A stretch of DNA of 64,000 bases from positions 160,001 to 224,000 of the forward strand of contig JAVJSW010000042.1 in the NCBI GenBank assembly GCA_040219255.1, written 5' to 3'. The position numbers and the translations under genes are program-made. This document shows, one piece after another, positions 50,360 to 60,810 of the stretch (position 1 is the stretch's first letter; every line of letters starts with the position of its first letter). Under the pieces are notes generated by a model that had not been told where the DNA came from, did no database searches, and saw nothing but the letters and a program-made list of their open reading frames with translations. This stretch comes from Sumerlaeia bacterium (GTDB taxonomy: Bacteria > Sumerlaeota > Sumerlaeia > SLMS01 > JAHLLQ01).

Positions 50360-50860
50360 ATGGATATTAATCTGATTGAGTCGGGACTTGTCTTTGCCAT
50401 GCCCCTAGATGGGAACAGGTTCAGCTTCGGCCAGATCATCAAGACTCAAGTCCGCATTCACTACATGGCCGGGTTCGACCTCTTGAAGTCGGAACCTTGG
50501 ATTGATAGCTCAGAGGAACTGGCGATGGCTCAAGTGGTCGCACTTGGAGACTTCTTCGACATTTTGCTCAAGCTTGGACGCTGGCAGCCAGTTGGTACCT
50601 TCGAATGCCCGCCAGTTTCTCTTCCCTTTTTCAAAGTCAAGATCGGCGAGGACTACTTTGTCGAGTCGTGGGATAGATCGTGGACGCGAGTTGCAACTGA
50701 GGAGGAAGTGAGAATTCTTGGCTTTCGGTCACATAAAGCACCAATCATTTTGGAAAACGCTATCAAATGGCACTTCAACCTTGAGCCGCACCATGTTTTT
50801 TTTGACTCTCTCTCTCCAGTGAGAATACATGAAATTTCAAGATTCTTTTCTCACGAATAG
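50360..50860 (+). CDS. Imm26-like immunity protein, lower GC
   Basis: N-terminal GLVFAMPLDGNRFSFGQII and GRWQPVG...PFFK pattern reminiscent of Imm26. Confidence 0.55.
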   Translation: MDINLIESGLVFAMPLDGNRFSFGQIIKTQVRIHYMAGFDLLKSEPWIDSSEELAMAQVVALGDFFDILLKLGRWQPVGTFECPPVSLPFFKVKIGEDYFVESWDRSWTRVATEEEVRILGFRSHKAPIILENAIKWHFNLEPHHVFFDSLSPVRIHEISRFFSHE

Positions 50861-50981
50861 GTAGTTTGCGAAACAGGCGATAAAGTGCTAGTCTTTGCTT
50901 TTCTGTATGCCAGCCAACTTTCCCCACCCCACCCCCCTTGACTCCTGGACCCTTCTGAGGTCATCTATCCTCCCATACTGA

Positions 50982-52709
<1,728 letters not shown>

Positions 52710-52859
52710 TCCTCGGCGCTGACGCCTGAGAAACGCGCGAGAAGCCGCTGGATGTCGCCCATGTCCGGCGGTTACTTTTTAGTTGGAGAACGAACCGCTT
52801 GCCGCTGTGGAGGCGATTGCGCTTGCGTTGACGATCAATCCTTTGGCCGAGGGAAAACC

Positions 52860-54479
52860 ATGCCCACAACCGATCTCCTCATCATCGGCGGCGGAATCGC
52901 CGGCTGCGCGGCGGCTCTGGCCGCGGCGGACGCCGGGTTGGACGTCACCGTGGTGACCAATTCCAAGGCGGTGAAGGAGGGATCGAACACGGCGTGGGCC
53001 CAGGGCGGGATCGTGTACACGGGCGTGGGGGACTCGCCCGATCTGCTGGCCCGCGACATTCACGACGCGGGGGCGGGAATTTGCTGGGAGCCAGCGGTGC
53101 GTCAGCTGGCCGAGTTGGGGCCGAAGCTGGTGAAGAGCATCCTGATCGACCGCTGCGCGACGCCGTTCGACGCGGACGAAGCGGGCGAGCCCCATCGCAC
53201 GGAAGAAGCCGCCCACAGCGTGCCGCGCATTCTGCATGTGGGCGATTACACCGGTACCGCCATCGCGCGTCACCTGGGCCAGGAAGTCACCGCCACCGGC
53301 GGCGTGCGGGTTCTGACGAACGCCACGTCGGTCGATCTGATTTTGCGCGGGTATCATACGGAATCGCCGACGGACATCTATGGCCGCCCCCGTTGCCTTG
53401 GCGCCTACATTCTGGATCAGACCACGGGCGAGGTGGAGCCCTGGGTCGCGGGGGAAACGCTGCTGGCGACGGGGGGGCTGGGCCAGGTGTTCCTGCACAC
53501 GACAAACCCGAGGCTGTCGCGGGGCGACGGTCTGGCGATGGCCTATCGCGCCGGGGCGCGGGTGATTCAATTGGAGTACGTCCAGTTCCACCCGACGGCT
53601 TTCTATCATCAGTTGGCGCCGCGCTATTTGCTGACAGAGGCGCTGCGCGGCGAGGGCGCGCGGCTGATCGACGGCGACGGGCACGAGTTCATGCCGAAGT
53701 ACCATGAACTCGCCGCGCTGGCGCCGCGCGATGTGGTGGCGCGAGGCATCCACGAGGAAATGCTGCGCCGCGGCGAACCCTGTATGTACCTCGACATCAC
53801 CCACCGCGACACGGCGTGGCTGCACGACCGCTTTCCGAAAATCACAGCGTTTCTCAAGGATTGGGGGCTGGACCTGGGCAAGGATCCAATCCCCGTCGTC
53901 CCGGCGGCGCATTACGCCTGCGGCGGGGTCAGCGTGGACCTGGAGGGCCGCACCAACGTCACCGGTCTGCGGGCCGCGGGCGAAGTGACCTGCACCGGCG
54001 TTCACGGCGCCAATCGCTTGGCCAGCACGTCGCTCCTCGAAGGGCTTGTGTGGGGATGGCGGGCTGGCCAGAGCGTGGCGGGATGCCGCGCGGAAAACCC
54101 CGTTCCGCCGATCGCCGAGATCCTCCCCTGGCGTCTCGAGCGGGAAGAGGTGGACCCCGCCTTGATCCAGCAGGATTGGATGACGATCCGCCAGACGATG
54201 TGGAACTATGTCGGTCTGGTGCGGACGACTCGGCGCATGAACCGGGCGCTGAAGATCCTGCGGGGGTTGCAGTTCGACATCGAAACCTTCTATCGTCGCG
54301 CGGAATTGACGGACGAGTTGATCGGCCTGCGCAACGGCGCCCAGGCGGCTATCGCGATCACGCATCAGGCGCTGCGCAATCGCACCAGCCGCGGAACGCA
54401 CTACCGTGTGGACGACGACCCGAGAATGGAAGTCCGGCCTCAATTCACGCCCCAGGCTGTTTCGGGGACCAACGGCTAG
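52860..54479 (+). CDS. nadB: L-aspartate oxidase
   Basis: IIGGGIAG, TAWAQGGI, EAAHSVPRILH, QFHPT, TEALRGEG, LAPRDVV, PAAHYACGG, HGANRLASTSLLE, SRGTHY. Confidence 0.95.
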   Translation: MPTTDLLIIGGGIAGCAAALAAADAGLDVTVVTNSKAVKEGSNTAWAQGGIVYTGVGDSPDLLARDIHDAGAGICWEPAVRQLAELGPKLVKSILIDRCATPFDADEAGEPHRTEEAAHSVPRILHVGDYTGTAIARHLGQEVTATGGVRVLTNATSVDLILRGYHTESPTDIYGRPRCLGAYILDQTTGEVEPWVAGETLLATGGLGQVFLHTTNPRLSRGDGLAMAYRAGARVIQLEYVQFHPTAFYHQLAPRYLLTEALRGEGARLIDGDGHEFMPKYHELAALAPRDVVARGIHEEMLRRGEPCMYLDITHRDTAWLHDRFPKITAFLKDWGLDLGKDPIPVVPAAHYACGGVSVDLEGRTNVTGLRAAGEVTCTGVHGANRLASTSLLEGLVWGWRAGQSVAGCRAENPVPPIAEILPWRLEREEVDPALIQQDWMTIRQTMWNYVGLVRTTRRMNRALKILRGLQFDIETFYRRAELTDELIGLRNGAQAAIAITHQALRNRTSRGTHYRVDDDPRMEVRPQFTPQAVSGTNG

Positions 54480-54585
54480 AGGGGCGTTTTTCCCGCCGCA
54501 GGGGCGGAAAAGCCTCGCCCTGATCGCCATTGTCCCTGATTGTAACCCGGCGTCTGACACCAAACCGCCGGGGAGCTTCCAACTC

Positions 54586-54858
54586 GTGGCCGAAATCACC
54601 ATCCGCCTCGTATACAATCTGAAGTCTGGGAAGAAGGATATCTACATCGACCTGGAGTCGGAGCCCGACGCGCTGCCAATCGAGCACGAGCGCGACCATC
54701 GCAACGTTGTGGAGAAGTTGCTGGGCAAAGGCATCCTGAAGGAAGACGAAGTGGGCGAGGTGAAGGTTTCCCGCGTCGAGCCCCAAACCGCCCCGCAGGC
54801 CCCCAACCGCCAGGAAGAGGAGCCGCCTCAGGGCCAGACCCAGGGGGCCGGACGCTAA
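54586..54858 (+). CDS. Small conserved protein resembling an accessory component (X3-like) of FtsH ternary MoxR-vWA systems
   Basis: GTG start; AEITIRLVYNLKSGKKDIYIDLESEPDALPIEHERDHRNVVEKLL with an HExxH-like cluster; co-oriented with the 1065-aa gene. Confidence 0.6.
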   Translation: MAEITIRLVYNLKSGKKDIYIDLESEPDALPIEHERDHRNVVEKLLGKGILKEDEVGEVKVSRVEPQTAPQAPNRQEEEPPQGQTQGAGR

Positions 54859-54865
54859 CCGTTTC

Positions 54866-57800
54866 GTGAGCACCGGACATTCTCGGATGATGCTTTCAGC
54901 TTTGCTCGGTCAACAATCCACTACGCGGCGCAAGATGCTGCTCTTCGAGGACCCGCTCGCCTTCTGCGATTTCGTGCGGGTGCAGGGCAGCGGCGCCCAA
55001 AGCACTCGGGGCTACACGCTGTTGCGGCTGCGAGCCGCCAACCGGCCCCAGATTGTGCTGCTGGGCCTGATCGGCTATGCGCCTTCTCAAAAAACCCTGG
55101 AAACGATCAGCGCCCGACAGGTCGAAGCCGACATCGAAGCCGACGGGGCGGGTCAGTGGAAAGAGCCCGCCACCGGCGCCGATCAGCCCTTTCGCGTCCT
55201 CGGGGCCGAGACCGGCCATACGCTGCTGGAAATGGTGGCCTTGTCGCCCTGGCGAGGCGAGCCAGTCGATATCGGCTTCACGCTGTTCTGGTTGCGGCGG
55301 GACGATTTGCTGGCCGACCTAGTGCGCGACAGCCTGCGTCTGGGCAACGATCGGATGCGGTATGCGCGGGTTTCCGGTGCCGATGAAGAGTCGGCCCTGC
55401 TGCTGCGCGTCGAAGGACCCTCGTATTTTCTTGTCCAACAATACCGCGAGGATCACCCGGGCGATGTGGAGGTCTATCACCCCCAGGCGGAAGACCTTTA
55501 CCTACCTTGGGGTTACGATCATCCACTGGCGGACCTGTGGCGCCTGTCGCGAATGCCACGGGATCAATCCTGGACAGTGTTTCTGGCGGACGGTTCGCAC
55601 CTGGCGATCGTCCCTCCCCGATGGCTGGACATTTACGATGCCATGGCCTTCGAATTGGCACTGTCGCCCACGCCGAACTGGCGCCAGGACGACGCCCGCG
55701 CCCTGCGCTTTCCCGTGCCGCTGCGGCTTGAGAAGAAGGCCAAGCGGGACGAACCGGAACTGTGGATGTTGGGGCCGGGCGACTTGCCCCGGCTTGAACG
55801 GCTTCTGGCCGGCACGGACCAGGAGGACATCGCGAATATTCAACTGAGCATCCATCGCACGGATGGTGGCGATCCCGTCTTCTTTCTTCGCGAGCGCGTC
55901 GAGAAAGGCGGAGCGAACCGCAAATTCCTCGATTTCGGTGGCATGGCGCTGGCCAGCTACAAGGGGTTCAAAAACTTGCTCCTGCCGGCCGGTTCGAATT
56001 TGCAGCCTCAACTGCGGCGCGACGCCTACCGGCCCCTCTTCGAACTGAGGCCGGGGGTTCTGACACTTTTGCTGCCGGCGGAAGGCGACGGCGGGATGCC
56101 CCGCGTCGCGCGGGTTCGCGAGGAATCGTTCGAGCCCTTCGACCGCTTGATCGATTACCTCGCCACCGAGCATCAGCAGGCTTTGGAAGAAGTCGTGGGG
56201 GCGAGCGTCTTCGACATCGGGCACTACGCCACGTCGCCGCCCGCCGGCGGTCTCGAACGGCCCAAGCCTCGAGCCGTCAAGCAGGACAGCGTTGCGGAAG
56301 AAGAGCCGGAGGAAGATGGGAAACTGGTACCGGCAAATGGCCCGAGAGCGGACAATGCCAGGCTGCCCGAGTTGCCCCGTGACATCCCGGTGGAAACGGA
56401 AATGGACTCGGCGGAGGCCGCGGCGGAGCGCCATCTGATTCAGGAAGGCCAGACGCTGGAGGGTTGGCGGGAATTGCTGGCGATCAAACGCAGCGCCGGC
56501 AAGCAGGCGGAGGCGGCCATCTGCTGTGTGCAGGCGCTTTGGCTCGCCGAGGAAGACCCTCAGGCCGAGACGGACTTGCTCCGCACCTGGCGGACGCTGA
56601 TCCAGCCGCGCAAGTCCCAGCCCGCCGCAGACGACCCGCTGCCCACCCAATTGGCGATGCGTATTCTGGATGGGCGCGGACTTCCGCCGGAAGACATCGA
56701 CGGCTGGGTCGCGAAAACGGCGCCGAACCTGAAGCAGGCCGAGGAACGCCTGTCGATGAAGAGCCGCTGGCTGCTCTGGCGCGAAATCCTGCGGCAGAAC
56801 CGCGACGTCCGCGAACTGGCGCGCCTTCGTGAAGCGTTCCAGAAACGCATCACGAACGAAGGCCTTTCCCTGGAAGAAATTCCGAACTTCCTGCGCACCC
56901 GGCTGTTCCTGGACAAGAGTCTCTCGGAAAACACGGCGGACGAAGAAACGCGCCGCGACCTAGGTGCTGCGATGGAAAATCTGCGCGTTCTCCTCGCCAG
57001 CCTTCCCCTCGACCATCCGGTTCTTTCGCCGGTGCTCAAGGCCACGGTGGCCCGTGGATACGCCCGGTCCCTCGGAGAGTCGGAGCGAGCTGGCCACCTG
57101 TTCAACGAAGCCAACGAGGGCGCGAACGGAAATCCGGCCCTGCTGGCCTGGATCGCGCTCTTCGCCGCCCACGCCTACGAGCATTCGCCCCAACTGGCAA
57201 CCGACATGCTCGACCGCTACCGGCGCTCGGTGGAGGAGCTTCCCCCCTCGGACAAGCGCGAGTTGAAGACGCTGGAGGACTCTCTGGTCGAACGAGAGAA
57301 GAACGACAACCCGGCGGCGCTGCTGACCGCCGACAACGCCTCGCGCTTCTACCCCAGCGGCGGCCGCTTCAGCACCGGACCGGCTCACACGCTGGCGGAA
57401 AACCTGACCGCCGCCTACACCGAAGCGGACGTGCCGCGCATGATCGAACTGCTGCGCCAGGCGATGACGGACCAGGCGCTCCTCACGAGCGAGGAATTGG
57501 TCGTCGTGACGCGGCTGATCGAGGTCGTCCAGGATGGGCTGGGCCGGCTCAAGTTCGACCGGCGCGCCTTCGCCCTGCGACAGAGCTATCCGGATTTCGC
57601 CGCCGCGATGCAGAAACTGGGCAAGGGAGCCCCAGACCCTTTCTTCCCCGTGCTCAAGGACATCCACCTGATGCAGGGCATGATCCGGCTGGATTTCAAC
57701 GATCAGGCCGCCGCCTTGGCACGGGACGTGATCGACCGCGCCGGCCAATTGAAAGTGACGCTGGATTTTGTCGACGCGACGGCGGCGGTGCTGCGGGCCA

Positions 57801-58063
57801 TCGAGGAATTCCCCCTGGCCGCCCGCACCGAATTGCTTCGACTCGTGGGCCAGGGTCTCGCCCGCCAGGTGGCCGAGCACGCCAACCAGATCAGCACCGG
57901 CAGCGGCACCACGGTTCAGCTTTTCCGACTGCTCGATCAGGCGGTCGAGGCAGCCGTCAGCAAAGAGAAGGTGGCCATGGGTCTCTACCGCGATTACGCG
58001 CAGCAGGACGAGTTCCTGATCCTGGAGCGTGTGCTGCGCGAGGACCTTTGCGGCGGGCCTTAA
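54866..58063 (+). CDS. Large hypothetical protein, putative MoxR-vWA ternary-system component (X7-like) with helical/TPR-like C-half
   Basis: 1065-aa ORF with host-like codons; LYLPWGYDHPL, PELWML and NLLLPAG...P.LRRD motifs; next to the MoxR and vWA-like genes. Confidence 0.65.
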   Translation: MSTGHSRMMLSALLGQQSTTRRKMLLFEDPLAFCDFVRVQGSGAQSTRGYTLLRLRAANRPQIVLLGLIGYAPSQKTLETISARQVEADIEADGAGQWKEPATGADQPFRVLGAETGHTLLEMVALSPWRGEPVDIGFTLFWLRRDDLLADLVRDSLRLGNDRMRYARVSGADEESALLLRVEGPSYFLVQQYREDHPGDVEVYHPQAEDLYLPWGYDHPLADLWRLSRMPRDQSWTVFLADGSHLAIVPPRWLDIYDAMAFELALSPTPNWRQDDARALRFPVPLRLEKKAKRDEPELWMLGPGDLPRLERLLAGTDQEDIANIQLSIHRTDGGDPVFFLRERVEKGGANRKFLDFGGMALASYKGFKNLLLPAGSNLQPQLRRDAYRPLFELRPGVLTLLLPAEGDGGMPRVARVREESFEPFDRLIDYLATEHQQALEEVVGASVFDIGHYATSPPAGGLERPKPRAVKQDSVAEEEPEEDGKLVPANGPRADNARLPELPRDIPVETEMDSAEAAAERHLIQEGQTLEGWRELLAIKRSAGKQAEAAICCVQALWLAEEDPQAETDLLRTWRTLIQPRKSQPAADDPLPTQLAMRILDGRGLPPEDIDGWVAKTAPNLKQAEERLSMKSRWLLWREILRQNRDVRELARLREAFQKRITNEGLSLEEIPNFLRTRLFLDKSLSENTADEETRRDLGAAMENLRVLLASLPLDHPVLSPVLKATVARGYARSLGESERAGHLFNEANEGANGNPALLAWIALFAAHAYEHSPQLATDMLDRYRRSVEELPPSDKRELKTLEDSLVEREKNDNPAALLTADNASRFYPSGGRFSTGPAHTLAENLTAAYTEADVPRMIELLRQAMTDQALLTSEELVVVTRLIEVVQDGLGRLKFDRRAFALRQSYPDFAAAMQKLGKGAPDPFFPVLKDIHLMQGMIRLDFNDQAAALARDVIDRAGQLKVTLDFVDATAAVLRAIEEFPLAARTELLRLVGQGLARQVAEHANQISTGSGTTVQLFRLLDQAVEAAVSKEKVAMGLYRDYAQQDEFLILERVLREDLCGGP

Positions 58064-59574
58064 CCGGTCACCGTCTGACCCGCGACGGCGCGAACGATGC
58101 GGTTTTTCAGCTCCACCCATTCCCCCCAATCCATGCGGTCGAGCGGCAACCGGAACGGGTTCGCCCTCTCCTCGCTCTTCCCGCCGCGGTCTGCTCCAAT
58201 GGGAAGGGTCAACCCATTCAGTTCCGGATTCTCCTGGAAGAGCCGGTGCCAGAACGCTTCCCGGCCCATCGTCATGACCAGGGTATAGACTTTGCGTTTT
58301 GGCTCCCGCAAGTTCTCCGGACCCAGACTTGCAGCCATTCGAAAATCCACCAGCCCGTGGGAGACTGCGTCGGCCAGCAAGACCCGCATCACAGCCGCCT
58401 CACCCGCGATGTCCTCTCCCCCGCCGCCGGTGTCGAGGTAATGAAAAACGCCTTGCACGGCATCATGCTCGAACACGGTGAAGAGATCGGTCAGAACACG
58501 GAGGAAAAGGCTCTGGGCCAGGATGCAAAACTGATAGTCGTGCCCTCGCGACTTGACCGTGAAGGCGTCGCCCAGATCGAGGATCAAATGGATGGTGCGC
58601 CGCTTGCGGCGCAGGGCGCCTTCGTCGCGAACGTAGAAGAGCAGTTCGCCCTCCACAAACCGCAGGTCGAAGAGGCTGATCTCTTTGCCCTTCTCCATAT
58701 AAATGAGTTCGGAGAGGACGAGGTTTTCGAAACTTCCCCGGTTCGTCAATTCCGCCAGACCGCCCATGGGATAGTGGGTTTCGTCCACAAAGGCCGTTTC
58801 CGTGTCGGCCTCCGGTTCGATGATCGCCACCGCGTGCTTGTCGAGGGCCCCGAGCCGGCGGTTGGCTTCGATGATCTGGCGGCAGCCGATGCGCAAGTGA
58901 TCGGTCGAGAGCGCCTCCCAATGGTTGAGTTCGAAAATGTCTTCATCCTGGAGCAATCGGCCCCAGCGCACGGTTTCGGAAACGCTCTGGAGGAAGGATC
59001 GCAGGGAGTCTTGAAAGCCCTGATTATCCTTCGCTTGCGCATCGAATTCGGCGCAGTGAGAGGCCAACGCCGGTGGAGTCAATTGCTCCGCCCCGGGGAT
59101 TTCCAGGTGGCGCAGCGCCGCCGGATTCAGGCGCGTCACCGCGGGCCAACAGGGCGCCAGCGGTTGCAACACGATCAGGAGAAGCCGGGCGAGTTGTTCG
59201 GTTCGGAAGGGAGAATGGGTCAGCGCCTCGATCGTTTCGGAAACGCCCGGCGCCTGGAGCAGGCGGCCCGGCACTTCGCGTTCGTAGCGCAGGCGCAATC
59301 CGCGCTCCGCCTCGGGCCATTGGGTGAACTGCCGATCCGATGCGAAGGGGGTCTGGAAGCCCCGCTCCAGCACCATCGCCAGGTCCACGATCATGAAAAA
59401 GGGCAGGTGGAAATGGCCCTGACCCACGGCCGCGCGATAGGCCATGAGGGCCCGTTCGAGGAACTTGCCCTCCACATCCCGCCAACGTGTGGCGGACCAA
59501 TAGAGAGAGCCCAGGACGTACTGCGGCAGCCGTTTGTGCGAGAGCGGTTTCATGGCGAACGGCCAGGGGATCAA
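58060..59574 (-). CDS. MoxR-associated degenerate vWA-like protein
   Basis: YPMGGLAELTNRGSFENLVLSELIYME...LFDLRFVEGELLFY.R...RRTIHLILD, like the pre-vWA segments of MoxR partners; translationally coupled to the MoxR gene. Confidence 0.65.
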   Translation of the reverse strand: MIPWPFAMKPLSHKRLPQYVLGSLYWSATRWRDVEGKFLERALMAYRAAVGQGHFHLPFFMIVDLAMVLERGFQTPFASDRQFTQWPEAERGLRLRYEREVPGRLLQAPGVSETIEALTHSPFRTEQLARLLLIVLQPLAPCWPAVTRLNPAALRHLEIPGAEQLTPPALASHCAEFDAQAKDNQGFQDSLRSFLQSVSETVRWGRLLQDEDIFELNHWEALSTDHLRIGCRQIIEANRRLGALDKHAVAIIEPEADTETAFVDETHYPMGGLAELTNRGSFENLVLSELIYMEKGKEISLFDLRFVEGELLFYVRDEGALRRKRRTIHLILDLGDAFTVKSRGHDYQFCILAQSLFLRVLTDLFTVFEHDAVQGVFHYLDTGGGGEDIAGEAAVMRVLLADAVSHGLVDFRMAASLGPENLREPKRKVYTLVMTMGREAFWHRLFQENPELNGLTLPIGADRGGKSEERANPFRLPLDRMDWGEWVELKNRIVRAVAGQTVTG

Positions 59575-60572
59575 CCCAGGCGGAGGAGTTTATCCACTTT
59601 CTCGCGAACGGGAGCGAAGTCGGGAAGGCGATCCGGGATGTAGCGCAGCAGCGTCAGGTCGTCCTTGGTGACGACCCCGCCGCTGAAAAGAAACGCCCGC
59701 GCCCGGATCAGGCGATAGAGTTTCACGACCTTGCGATCGCTCACGTCCAGCCGGTCTTCCTTCGCCAGCGTCTTGAGGATGCGCTTGAAAAGCGTGTAGA
59801 CGTCCTCCGGGAAATTCACGGCACCCATGCGGTCCTTGCCGTTGTGGCCCTGGATGTCCCGCAACATCAGGTGATCGAACACGAGCTTGAGTTTGGCGTA
59901 ATCCTCCAGGGAAGCGATGCCGGCCCAGGGGCGCTGGTTGAACGCGCGATAGGATTCGTTCTGCAACCCGGCCTCGATCAGCTCGTCGAAGAACCGGTCG
60001 CGCACGGCTTCGCTCTCGACCTTCATGACGAAGCGATCACGCAGCGCCGCAAGTTCCGTGAATTCAGGGATTTCATTCGTCGCGCCAAACAGCATCACCA
60101 TCCGCACCGGAACCGGTTTGCCGTCCTGATAGAATTTGCGCTCGTTGATGATCGTCAGCAGAGTATTGAGAATGGCCGAGTTGGACTTGAAAATTTCATC
60201 CAGGAAGACAATGCGGGCTTCCGGCAGTTTGCCTCCGGTGCGGCGCAGGTAGCGGCCGTCCTTGAGTTCGTTGATGTCGACGGGGCCGAGGATTTCACTC
60301 GGCTCCGTGAACTTGGTCAGCATGTACTCGAAGTAGTCGGTGCCGCCGAGGCCGAGAGATTCGCAGAATTTCACCACCAGATCGCTCTTCGCGGTGCCCG
60401 GCTTGCCGACCAGCAGCAGCGGTTCCTGCGCCATCATGCAGAGCACCATGAGATCGACGATCTCCGACTTGTCCACGAAGTAGGAACTGAGCCGGCCCCG
60501 CATCGCGTTGACGCGGCTGCGCAGGGTATCGACCTCCGGCAAGACCGACTCCAGGGTGAAGTCCCAGGTCAT
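59571..60572 (-). CDS. MoxR/RavA-family AAA+ ATPase
   Basis: Walker A GKPGTAKS, FEYMLTKFTEPSEILGP, Walker B VFLDEIFK, NSAILNTLLT, ATNE, ALRDRF. Start at 60572 or GTG 60599. Confidence 0.92.
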   Translation of the reverse strand: MTWDFTLESVLPEVDTLRSRVNAMRGRLSSYFVDKSEIVDLMVLCMMAQEPLLLVGKPGTAKSDLVVKFCESLGLGGTDYFEYMLTKFTEPSEILGPVDINELKDGRYLRRTGGKLPEARIVFLDEIFKSNSAILNTLLTIINERKFYQDGKPVPVRMVMLFGATNEIPEFTELAALRDRFVMKVESEAVRDRFFDELIEAGLQNESYRAFNQRPWAGIASLEDYAKLKLVFDHLMLRDIQGHNGKDRMGAVNFPEDVYTLFKRILKTLAKEDRLDVSDRKVVKLYRLIRARAFLFSGGVVTKDDLTLLRYIPDRLPDFAPVREKVDKLLRLG

Positions 60573-60810
60573 TGGCGCGTTTGGCGTGGTGGTTGTCACA
60601 AGGGCTCCCGTCCCGATTGGCGAAATATTGGCGTAAAGTGCCCCCGATTCCCTGGCGGTGTCAAGACTTGCCGGGCGGCCCGGGGCGTGAGCGGCGGCGA
60701 GGCGGGGGTCCGCTCTCCCCTTGCTTCCGCGGCGCCCCTGACTTTTCCTGCCCCCTTGCCAGTCCCGCGTCCCCGCGGGCCGACTCCCCGGCCGCTGAAT
60801 GCCTGCTCCC

